Origin: Bacteroidota bacterium
GTDB lineage: Bacteria > Bacteroidota > Bacteroidia > Flavobacteriales_F > PHOS-HE28
Length of the DNA stretch: 64,000 nucleotides
Direction of reading: 5' to 3'
Assembly (NCBI GenBank): GCA_023418095.1
Contig: JAEZDL010000075.1
Coordinates: 1,800 to 65,799, forward strand
The translations under genes were made by a program, and so were the position numbers. Below the pieces are notes generated by a model, which worked only from the letters and a program-made list of their open reading frames with translations, made no database searches and was not told where the DNA came from. Within the stretch, counting starts at the first letter, position 1. The number at the start of each line of letters is the position of its first letter. Positions 48,114-55,989 of the stretch are shown here, piece by piece.

Positions 48114-49474
48114 TCTTCGCTCTTGATGATGCGTTGTGTGAAACGCGAACCTTCTGATTCGATCGAAATGAGATACACGCCATTCCGGAGATCACGAAGA
48201 TCGAGTTGAAGTGCGGATCGCACCGATCCGATCGATCGAACCGATCGGCCGGAAGCATCACGTATTTCGATGTTCGCTTCCTTCATCGATCGCAATGGGA
48301 TAACATCCATCGCGCCGGACGTGATCGTGGGACGAATGAGGAAAGGCGCGCCTTGCTGATCCTGGATTGAAGTATTGTCTTCCACTTCAAGGATCCACAG
48401 GCCGGTCTGCATATCGCTCACCAGAATGTTGCCCGAAGGCAGGTAAGGATACACGCCCCATGCGCCATGGTAATTCTCATGCGGCGCCACACTGGTATCG
48501 TAGAAACCGATCAACACCGGTTGCAGCGGATCGGTCGCATCCCAGAGCCAGTAACCATCCTGGTAATACGCCACGTGAACGCGATCGCCGGTGAAGAACG
48601 GATTGTGAACGATGGACATTGGATCGAGACCGGTGGTTACCGTTGAGATCACCTGCAGATCGGAAAGATCCGTGGCATCCACGAATTTCAGCGGCGATCC
48701 GTGCGTTTCATCGGCCATCACGTAAAGTGTTCCGGCATCGTTCATCCAACCACTGTGGTTGTAGCCTTCGCCGGGATAATCGGTAAGCGAACCGAGTAGG
48801 ATCGGATCGTTGATGTCGGTGAAATCGATCACGTGCATTCCATCCTCATCGTTGCACCAAACAATGTTGTCGCGAACGAAACAATCGTGCACATAACCCA
48901 CCGTGTTCCCCCACCACGGAATGTCCGCTTCGCAATCCAACAGAAGTGTAGGTGAGGCCGGATCGGCGATCGAATAGATCGAGAAGTGATCGGTGCCACC
49001 GTTCGTGTACAACCGTGCGTTCAGCGTATCGATCTGGATGTTGTGTGCGCGTACGAAAAGCTCGTCGCTGTCGTAAACAAGATGGATCGAATCCGGCAGG
49101 TATTGCAGATCCATGATCTGCAGCGAGCTCGCGCCCTGATCGCACGTGGCGTACAAGTGACCGGCGTAGGTCTTGTAATCGCGGTGGATCACACCTTCTC
49201 CACTGAACCGGCCGAGAACATGATCGATAAGAACAGTGTTCTCCGGATCAGTGACATCGAAAACATGAACGCCTAAAGTGCTTCCGAGGAAGGCGTATTC
49301 ACGGCCATTCGCAGCATAACCCCACACATCGTTGTATTGATTGTTCATGGCCGCAAAACCGATCGGTATCTGCGGATCATCCCAATTGAAAAGGCTTCGA
49401 ACATTCAGGCTATCCTGCGCCAAAGCCGGAAAACCGATCAGGGTCGAAAAGAGAGTGAGGATCTTTTGCATCAT
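48110..49474 (-). CDS. LVIVD-repeat / choice-of-anchor-B-like beta-propeller protein with probable T9SS C-terminal sorting domain
   Basis: 454-aa ORF with a signal peptide, YNDVWGY...EYAFLGS near the N-terminus and a ~80-aa C-terminal beta-sandwich-like tail (...LRNGVYLISIESEGSRFTQRIIK). Confidence 0.7.
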   Translation of the reverse strand: MMQKILTLFSTLIGFPALAQDSLNVRSLFNWDDPQIPIGFAAMNNQYNDVWGYAANGREYAFLGSTLGVHVFDVTDPENTVLIDHVLGRFSGEGVIHRDYKTYAGHLYATCDQGASSLQIMDLQYLPDSIHLVYDSDELFVRAHNIQIDTLNARLYTNGGTDHFSIYSIADPASPTLLLDCEADIPWWGNTVGYVHDCFVRDNIVWCNDEDGMHVIDFTDINDPILLGSLTDYPGEGYNHSGWMNDAGTLYVMADETHGSPLKFVDATDLSDLQVISTVTTGLDPMSIVHNPFFTGDRVHVAYYQDGYWLWDATDPLQPVLIGFYDTSVAPHENYHGAWGVYPYLPSGNILVSDMQTGLWILEVEDNTSIQDQQGAPFLIRPTITSGAMDVIPLRSMKEANIEIRDASGRSVRSIGSVRSALQLDLRDLRNGVYLISIESEGSRFTQRIIKSEE

Positions 49475-50283
49475 GTTGAAGCGATCAGTTCCTTGAAGAT
49501 CAACGTGAGTTTCGGTTCGGCCATTTCGGCGACGCGTTGAACGATCTCATGCGTCGTCACTTCGATCTTTCCGGGTACGCCAAGATCGGTGATCACAGCG
49601 ATACCGAAACACGGGATCTTCATGTGTCGCGCGGCGATCACTTCAGGAACGGTGCTCATTCCAACGGCATCGCCGCCGATCGCGCGTACATAGCGGTATT
49701 CCGCAGGCGTTTCCAGCGTTGGTCCGGTAAGTCCCACATACGTTCCGTTGATCACCTTGATGCTGTTCTCCGCCGCGATCGCCTTGGCCTTTTCGATCAG
49801 CCTGCGATCGTACGGTTCGCTCATGTCAGGAAAACGCGTCCCGAGTTCATCAATGTTGGGCCCGATCAGCGGGTTGGGGAACAGATTGATGTGATCGGTG
49901 ATGATCATAAGATCACCCACTTCCATTTCTGGATCCACACCGCCGCATGCGTTGCTGAGGAAAAGCCGCTTGATCCCGAGCAGTTTCATCACCCGCACCG
50001 GCAGCACGACCTCGGCCATGCTGTAGCCTTCGTAATAATGAAAGCGGCCCTGCATGGCCACGACGGGTTTTCCCGCAAGAAAGCCGAACAACAATTTTCC
50101 CGGATGTCCTTCCACCGTGCTTAGCGGGAATTCCGGGATCTGCGCGTATGGGATAGAATACTTCACATCGATCTCTTCCCCCAACTTGCTAAGGCCGGTG
50201 CCGAGAATGATGCCGGTCTCAGGTACGAAGCCGCCGGTGGTCTCCTTCAGATGTTCAGCTATGCGCTGGATCTTTTGCAACAT
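49471..50283 (-). CDS. purine-nucleoside phosphorylase (PunA-type)
   Basis: 270-aa ORF with motifs GRFHYYEGY and GPTLETPAEYRYVRAIGGDAVGMSTVPE. Confidence 0.92.
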   Translation of the reverse strand: MLQKIQRIAEHLKETTGGFVPETGIILGTGLSKLGEEIDVKYSIPYAQIPEFPLSTVEGHPGKLLFGFLAGKPVVAMQGRFHYYEGYSMAEVVLPVRVMKLLGIKRLFLSNACGGVDPEMEVGDLMIITDHINLFPNPLIGPNIDELGTRFPDMSEPYDRRLIEKAKAIAAENSIKVINGTYVGLTGPTLETPAEYRYVRAIGGDAVGMSTVPEVIAARHMKIPCFGIAVITDLGVPGKIEVTTHEIVQRVAEMAEPKLTLIFKELIAST

Positions 50284-51310
50284 GTTCTTTTATCAAGGCT
50301 GAGAATCGATCAGGATCGTTCAAGATCACCGCACGCATGCCGATCACCGCGATGGATATGCCGCTCAAATGCCCTGCGGCGATGTGGGGACGTAATCGAA
50401 CAGCATCTTTTTCCGTGGTGACCAGCACCTTCCGATCGGGTGCAAATCTACTCCATCGCTCCTGCAGGCGCCGCAGATCGTGCGGGGTGAAGTAATGGTG
50501 ATCGCGAAAGGCCACATGTTCGATTCGTGAAGCGAACGAGCGCAAATGTTGCACGAGCGGAGCTGGATCGGCGATCGCGGTTACCAGCAATACGTTCGGC
50601 GTGGTCTGCAGATCGATGGTGCCATCATCCTCGATCCGTTTCGGTGGACCATATTCGATCGCACTGAAGAAAAGTTGCTGATCCGAGGAGAGATGAAGAT
50701 CGCTTCTCCATTTCTGGATCTGTTCCTTTGATGGAAGAGCTGGACATTTCGTAACGATCACGACCTGCGCCGCGTTCGATCTGGAAGGCAGATCGCGCAA
50801 ACTCCCGGCGGGCAAAAGTCTGTCCCGGTTCCACGGCCGATCGAATTTGGTGAGCAGTATGTTCAGCGAAGCATCCAGCTTCCGGTGTTGGAACGCATCA
50901 TCCAGAACGACCGCTTTCAACTCTGGAACGAGCTGCCGCATCGATCGGATCGCATGAACGCGATCAACCCCGACAAAAACGCGCGCCGAAGGAAATTTCA
51001 ACTTCAATTGAAGCGGCTCGTCACCGGAAATTTCGGGTCTCTCGTTCGGTCTGATCTCACGAAGCGCGATGCCTTTTCGGCCATAACCGCGGCTAAGCGT
51101 GGCGATCGGTGAGGTGGCTTCAAGAATGCGCAACACGAGTTCGACATGCGGGGTCTTACCCGTACCGCCAAGTGCAAGATTTCCGACCACGATCGTGGGG
51201 ATCGGCAATTGCTCGCTTTTCAGAAAGGATCGGTCGTAGAGCCAATGCCTTAACCGCAGCACCGTTGAATAGAGCAACGCAAAAGGGGCGAGCAGGATCC
51301 GGCGAAGCAT
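50255..51310 (-). CDS. lpxK: tetraacyldisaccharide 4'-kinase
   Basis: ORF 50255..51403 trimmed to Met 51310 (MLRRILLAPFALLY...), with P-loop VGNLALGGTGKTP. Confidence 0.88.
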   Translation of the reverse strand: MLRRILLAPFALLYSTVLRLRHWLYDRSFLKSEQLPIPTIVVGNLALGGTGKTPHVELVLRILEATSPIATLSRGYGRKGIALREIRPNERPEISGDEPLQLKLKFPSARVFVGVDRVHAIRSMRQLVPELKAVVLDDAFQHRKLDASLNILLTKFDRPWNRDRLLPAGSLRDLPSRSNAAQVVIVTKCPALPSKEQIQKWRSDLHLSSDQQLFFSAIEYGPPKRIEDDGTIDLQTTPNVLLVTAIADPAPLVQHLRSFASRIEHVAFRDHHYFTPHDLRRLQERWSRFAPDRKVLVTTEKDAVRLRPHIAAGHLSGISIAVIGMRAVILNDPDRFSALIKEHVAKDPAHS

Positions 51311-51365
51311 CAGGGCGCGAAGGTGCGAAGATGCAGCGATCGATCTGCCTGCGATCTTTGGCAGC

Positions 51366-52460
51366 ATGAAGATCAAGGAACTGATCGCCGCGCTGGAAGC
51401 CATTGCTCCGGGTTCATTACAGGAGGATTATGATAATTCAGGTTTGCAGGTGGGCGATCCTGAAATGGAGATCGATTCCGCACTGGTCTGCCTGGATGTA
51501 ACGGAGGAAGTGATCCAGGAAGCGGTGGCGAAGCGCGTGAAGCTCGTGATCAGTCATCATCCGCTCATCTTCAGAGGGTTGAAAAGCCTGAGCGGCGGTG
51601 GTTACGTTGAACGCACATTGCTTCTCGCGATCCAGAAAGGCGTGGCGATCTATTCGATCCATACCAACTTGGACAATGTGATCCACGGGGTGAACGGTGA
51701 GATCGCCAACCGGCTGGGCCTGAAGCCGATCGGAGTGCTGGACCCCAAGCCTGATCAGTTAAGGAAGATCGTGGTGTTCGTTCCGATCGAACATGCTGAA
51801 GCCGTTCGCAGTGCGATGTTCGCGGCCGGCGGGGGAGCGATCGGGAAATACGATGAGTGTAGTTTCAACCTGGAAGGGCAGGGGACTTTCCGGGCGGGAG
51901 AAGGCACCGATCCGTTCGTCGGGGAACCTGGAACGCGGCATGCCGAGGCGGAGATCCGGATAGAAATGATCTACCGCACGCCGCAGGAAGGAGCGATCCT
52001 GGCAGCGATGCGCAACGCCCATCCGTATGAGGAAGTGGCTTGCGACATCTACCTTCTGAAGAATTCCGATCGCCAGATAGGGGCGGGGATCATTGGCGAA
52101 TGGGATGAGGCGTTGGGCGAGATCGAACTACTGGATCGATTAAAGGAGGTCTTCAGGCTGAAGGCATTACGACACACAGCATTCCTCGAAAAGCCCGTGA
52201 AGCGCGTGGCGATCTGCGGGGGATCCGGAGCGTTCCTATTAAAAAAGGCGATCGGGGCGAAGGCCGATGCCTACATCACCGGCGATGTGAAATACCACGA
52301 ATTCTTCGATGCGGACCGGCGCTTGTTGCTGGTGGATATCGGCCATTATGGCAGCGAACAATACACAATGAACTTGATCGAACGGAAAGTACGTGAAAAA
52401 TTCCCTACATTTGCGATCCGTTTGACGGAAACCGTCACGGACCCCATATATCATTACTGA
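51366..52460 (+). CDS. Nif3-like dinuclear metal centre protein (with PII-like insert)
   Basis: 364-aa ORF MKIKELIAALEAIAPGSLQEDYDNSGLQVG...ISHHPLIF...GGSG...GDVKYHEF. Confidence 0.9.
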   Translation: MKIKELIAALEAIAPGSLQEDYDNSGLQVGDPEMEIDSALVCLDVTEEVIQEAVAKRVKLVISHHPLIFRGLKSLSGGGYVERTLLLAIQKGVAIYSIHTNLDNVIHGVNGEIANRLGLKPIGVLDPKPDQLRKIVVFVPIEHAEAVRSAMFAAGGGAIGKYDECSFNLEGQGTFRAGEGTDPFVGEPGTRHAEAEIRIEMIYRTPQEGAILAAMRNAHPYEEVACDIYLLKNSDRQIGAGIIGEWDEALGEIELLDRLKEVFRLKALRHTAFLEKPVKRVAICGGSGAFLLKKAIGAKADAYITGDVKYHEFFDADRRLLLVDIGHYGSEQYTMNLIERKVREKFPTFAIRLTETVTDPIYHY

Positions 52461-52463
52461 ACC

Positions 52464-53300
52464 ATGGCGAAGAGCGACGTGAAGGCGCCGGCGAAAGAAG
52501 CCAAGACCAGCAACTCGAACGGCACAGCGCACAAAGCTGGCAATGCCGCCACCAAGGCCGAGATCACCATCGCCGAAAAGCTCGTCGAACTATTCCGCCT
52601 CCAGCACATCGACTCGCAGGTCGACAAGATCAAGGTACAGCGCGGTGAACTGCCGCTCGAAGTGCAGGATCTGGAGGATGAGGTGGCAGGTTTGGAAACC
52701 CGCCTGAAGAAACTTCAGGACGAACTGCAGGAGATCGAAGATCAGGTGAGCGACAAGCAGAACCTGATCAAGGATGCGAAGGCCCAGATCAAGAAGTACG
52801 AAGGCCAGCAGGCCAAAGTGCGCAACAATCGTGAATACGATTCGCTCACCAAGGAAGTGGAATTCCAGAACCTGGAGATCCAACTCGCAGAGAAGCGGAT
52901 CAAGGAAGCGAAATCCGTGATCGACGGGAAGCGTGCGGTGGTGGAGGAAAGCAGCCGGTTGCTCGAAGAGCGCCGCAAGGACCTTGAAGTGAAGAAGAAG
53001 GAACTGAACGACATCGTTTCGGAGACCGAGAAGGAGGAGGAGGAACTGCAGAAGAAGAGCGATGCGGCCGCCAAGAACATCGAGGAAAGGTTGCTGAGCG
53101 CTTATCACCGCATCCGCAGCAATGCGCGTAACGGTTTGGCGGTTGTTCCTGTTGAACGCGGAAGTTGCGGAGGTTGCTTCAACGCGATCCCGCCCCAGCG
53201 CCAACTGGATATCGGCAGCCACAAGAAGATCATCGTGTGCGAACACTGCGGCCGCATCCTCGTGGATGATTACGTAGTGGATCGCGTGAAGAGCGAATGA
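52464..53300 (+). CDS. coiled-coil zinc-ribbon protein (COG1579/DUF164-like)
   Basis: 278-aa ORF with a long coiled coil and a C-terminal CGGC...CEHCGRIL ribbon. It shows the usual pairing with the Nif3-like gene. Confidence 0.85.
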   Translation: MAKSDVKAPAKEAKTSNSNGTAHKAGNAATKAEITIAEKLVELFRLQHIDSQVDKIKVQRGELPLEVQDLEDEVAGLETRLKKLQDELQEIEDQVSDKQNLIKDAKAQIKKYEGQQAKVRNNREYDSLTKEVEFQNLEIQLAEKRIKEAKSVIDGKRAVVEESSRLLEERRKDLEVKKKELNDIVSETEKEEEELQKKSDAAAKNIEERLLSAYHRIRSNARNGLAVVPVERGSCGGCFNAIPPQRQLDIGSHKKIIVCEHCGRILVDDYVVDRVKSE

Positions 53301-53310
53301 TCCGATCGGA

Positions 53311-53346
53311 AAAAACGAAAGCCTGCGAGAGATCGCGGGCTTTTTT
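53311..53346. terminator. bidirectional intrinsic terminator
   Basis: AAAAAAcgAAAGCCTGCGA-gaga-TCGCGGGCTTTTTT: a 9-12-bp stem with an A-run upstream and a T-run downstream, between convergent genes. Confidence 0.75.
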
Positions 53347-53370
53347 CATTTGGATCGGATCGCAGTTCGC

Positions 53371-53433
53371 CACTTCCGACTTGTGACTTGTGACTGGTGG
53401 CTGGCGACTGGCCACTCGCCGCTCGCCGCTGCC
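53371..53433. repeat. heptanucleotide-periodic tract (9 units, NNCTNGN)
   Basis: cacttcc gacttgt gacttgt gactggt ggctggc gactggc cactcgc cgctcgc cgctgcc, read directly from the sequence. It lies 20-80 nt downstream of the trkA stop. Confidence 0.6.
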
Positions 53434-53452
53434 AACCCGCGAACTCGCCGCT

Positions 53453-54142
53453 TCAATCATTCTCCCCCGTGAACCGCACCACTTCGCTCTTGGTTCCGAA
53501 TAAGACAAGAATATCGCCCTTGGAAGGAACAAAATCAGGGTCCATCACGCCGAGCGCACCGAGCTTTATCGATCGCCTGCCGAGGAAACTCTTCTCGCTT
53601 TCCTTCCGAAGAACTGTGACAAGGCCAAGTTGCCGTTGACGTAATTCGGTGATCTGGCTCAACGGTTTTCCCACGAACTTGTCCGGCACCACGATCTCCG
53701 CTATGATGAACCCGCCCGGCAGTTCGAACTGATCAACGAGCCTACGCAAGTTAAGCTTACGAGCGAGCCCTTCAGCGGCTTTTTCCTCCGGATGCACGAT
53801 GTCCGTAACGCCCATGGAATTGAGCACCATCTCATGCAACGGGTTCATCGCACGACTGATCACGCGCCGCACCTTCATGTTCACCAGGATCGCGGTGGTC
53901 ATGATGTTCGCGCCTTCATCCTCACCGATCGCCACCACTGCGGCGTCCACATCGTTCAACGGCAAGGTGCCCACGGCCTGCGGATCGTTGCTTTCCATGC
54001 ACACGGCATAGGAGACCTTGTTCTTCACGAATTCAACCTGCGACATGTTGTGATCGATCGCGATCACCTCATGACCCATTTCCGTGAGCTTCAAGGCCAG
54101 GTGCCTCCCGAAATTCCCAAGTCCGAATATGGCGATCTTCAT
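53453..54142 (-). CDS. trkA: potassium uptake protein TrkA/KtrA (RCK domain)
   Basis: 229-aa ORF MKIAIFGLGNFGRHLALKL... (Rossmann GxGxxG) plus a TrkA-C domain. Confidence 0.88.
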   Translation of the reverse strand: MKIAIFGLGNFGRHLALKLTEMGHEVIAIDHNMSQVEFVKNKVSYAVCMESNDPQAVGTLPLNDVDAAVVAIGEDEGANIMTTAILVNMKVRRVISRAMNPLHEMVLNSMGVTDIVHPEEKAAEGLARKLNLRRLVDQFELPGGFIIAEIVVPDKFVGKPLSQITELRQRQLGLVTVLRKESEKSFLGRRSIKLGALGVMDPDFVPSKGDILVLFGTKSEVVRFTGEND

Positions 54143-54148
54143 GCCTCT

Positions 54149-55909
54149 CTAATTGATCAGTATGTCCTCCTTCGGGTACTTGTATGGCGAGATCCTGATC
54201 TGGCGCAGAACGGCGATCAGCAGGTTAAGCGCATGCACCCGGCCCACGAACATCACCACGATCATCACCATGCGGGCGGGCGGATCGAGCTGCCCGGTTA
54301 TTCCCATGGAAAGCCCGGTGGTGCTGTAGGCTGAAAAGCATTCGAAAGCGATCGGCAGCAGGTTCATGCCCTGTTGCAGTGATGCGATCAGTGTGATCGA
54401 AAGACCGAGGAAGACCAGTGATAGAACGATCATCGCGAAGGCGCGCCGGATGCTTATGTCGCTGATCTCCCTTCCGGCATATTCCACCTGCTGACGGCCT
54501 CGCGCAGTAGCGAAGATATTCAACATGGCAATGGCGAGCGTAGTGGTCTTGATGCCGCCAGCGGTACTGCCGGGCGATCCGCCGATGTACATCAGGAGCA
54601 GTGTGATCATGATGGCCGGGATCGAAAGCGTGCCCATGTCCAGCACATTGAAACCGGCGGTTCGCGGGGTCACACCGCTGAAGAAAGCCGTGCTTAAACG
54701 GCCCCACCAGGTATCGTGCTGGGCAAGCTGGCCGTTCCATTCGAAGACGAGCATGGCCACAGTGCCGACGACGATGAGGATGAGCGTGGTCTGCAACACC
54801 AGCCGTGTGCTAAGGTTGATCACCCTCGGATGGCGCTGGAAAGTGCTGCCGGTGAAATAGTGCTTCGCGCGGCCGATCAACGAAAGTTTTATCCAGCGGC
54901 TGAAGTTGAAGATGATCCCGAAGCCCAATCCACCGAAGATGAACAGGATCGAGATAACCCACATCAATGGGTAGTTGAAGCGGAAGGGAAGTTCGTAAAG
55001 CCCGAGCGTGTAGTTGGAAAAACCAGCATTGTTGAAGGCCGAGATGGAATGGAAGATCGCGAAGAAGATCCGATCGCCGAGATCATGGAACATATCCACC
55101 GGAACTGTGTAGAAGATGAATATCGCGCCGATCGCTTCCACCGTGATGGTGAACAGGATCACACGTATGATGAAGCTTCGGGCGTTCACCAGCGAAGTAT
55201 TGGCGATGTCGCGGATCCGCAGTTGTTCCTCCAAAGAGGTCTGCCCTTTGAAGAAGAACGCGAAAAAGCTCGTGAAGGTCATCACACCCAGGCCACCCAG
55301 TTGAATGAGCACCATCAGCAGACATTGGCCCATGAAGGTGAGATCGTTGCCCACATCGATCACGGTAAGGCCCGAAACGCAGACCGCTGAGGTGGCCGTG
55401 AAAACCGCATCGATCATGGTGATCGGCCGCGTGGTGGTGTTGGGCAGCATGAAGAGCGCCGCGCCGATCCCGATCAATACGATGAAGCTCGAAGCGAACA
55501 ACAATGCGGGATTGAACACCGTGCTGTGCCTTCCGATCTCCAAACGCGAAAGTTCGATGAAGATGAAGAGGAGCAGGAAGATCAGGTATGGCCAGTGATG
55601 CGAAGGATCGAAAAGATGCAGGCCCGAGACCCGTTGGTAGATCAGGAGGAGCGCGGCCAGGAACCAGAACGCTTCGGCCTTGCGCACCGGCAATTCACGC
55701 AGGTTCCGTCGCAATATGCTGCCCAGCGTAACGAAGGCCGCTGCGAGCACCAGCCCGAAGCTCAACTGGTCCAGCAATCGATCGGTGGCGCGATCCGCGC
55801 GGTAGCCGAATTCCAAAAGGAAAAGGAAGATCGCGAGCAGGATCACGATGATCCTGGCCAACCCCACCACCTCCCTGCGAAGTACCGTGCGAAGAAGCGA
55901 TCGTTTCAT
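54149..55909 (-). CDS. trkH: TrkH/KtrB-family potassium transporter
   Basis: 586-aa polytopic ORF with repeated selectivity-filter-like GLT/GGSPGSTAGGIKT motifs, directly upstream of trkA. Confidence 0.88.
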   Translation of the reverse strand: MKRSLLRTVLRREVVGLARIIVILLAIFLFLLEFGYRADRATDRLLDQLSFGLVLAAAFVTLGSILRRNLRELPVRKAEAFWFLAALLLIYQRVSGLHLFDPSHHWPYLIFLLLFIFIELSRLEIGRHSTVFNPALLFASSFIVLIGIGAALFMLPNTTTRPITMIDAVFTATSAVCVSGLTVIDVGNDLTFMGQCLLMVLIQLGGLGVMTFTSFFAFFFKGQTSLEEQLRIRDIANTSLVNARSFIIRVILFTITVEAIGAIFIFYTVPVDMFHDLGDRIFFAIFHSISAFNNAGFSNYTLGLYELPFRFNYPLMWVISILFIFGGLGFGIIFNFSRWIKLSLIGRAKHYFTGSTFQRHPRVINLSTRLVLQTTLILIVVGTVAMLVFEWNGQLAQHDTWWGRLSTAFFSGVTPRTAGFNVLDMGTLSIPAIMITLLLMYIGGSPGSTAGGIKTTTLAIAMLNIFATARGRQQVEYAGREISDISIRRAFAMIVLSLVFLGLSITLIASLQQGMNLLPIAFECFSAYSTTGLSMGITGQLDPPARMVMIVVMFVGRVHALNLLIAVLRQIRISPYKYPKEDILIN

Positions 55910-55946
55910 TTGTGCGCGGCCATCATCACGCGCGGGAAATGGGCAC

Positions 55947-55954
55947 CAAACTTA
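55947..55954 (-). promoter_or_regulatory. Bacteroidota-type -7 promoter box (TAAGTTTG on minus strand) upstream of trkH
   Basis: The plus strand reads CAAACTTA, an exact TAnnTTTG on the minus strand, 37 nt before the start at 55909. Confidence 0.4.
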
Positions 55955-55989
55955 GTCCGCCATCGCTGCGACAGTGAAATTTTTCTGAT

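Noticed and set aside
53301-53452. Possible RNase P RNA or another ncRNA after the DUF164-type zinc-ribbon gene (a neighbourhood seen in some phyla).
   Set aside because: The spacer is only 152 nt. It is fully accounted for by a terminator hairpin plus the heptamer tract, and it has no conserved RNase P helices.
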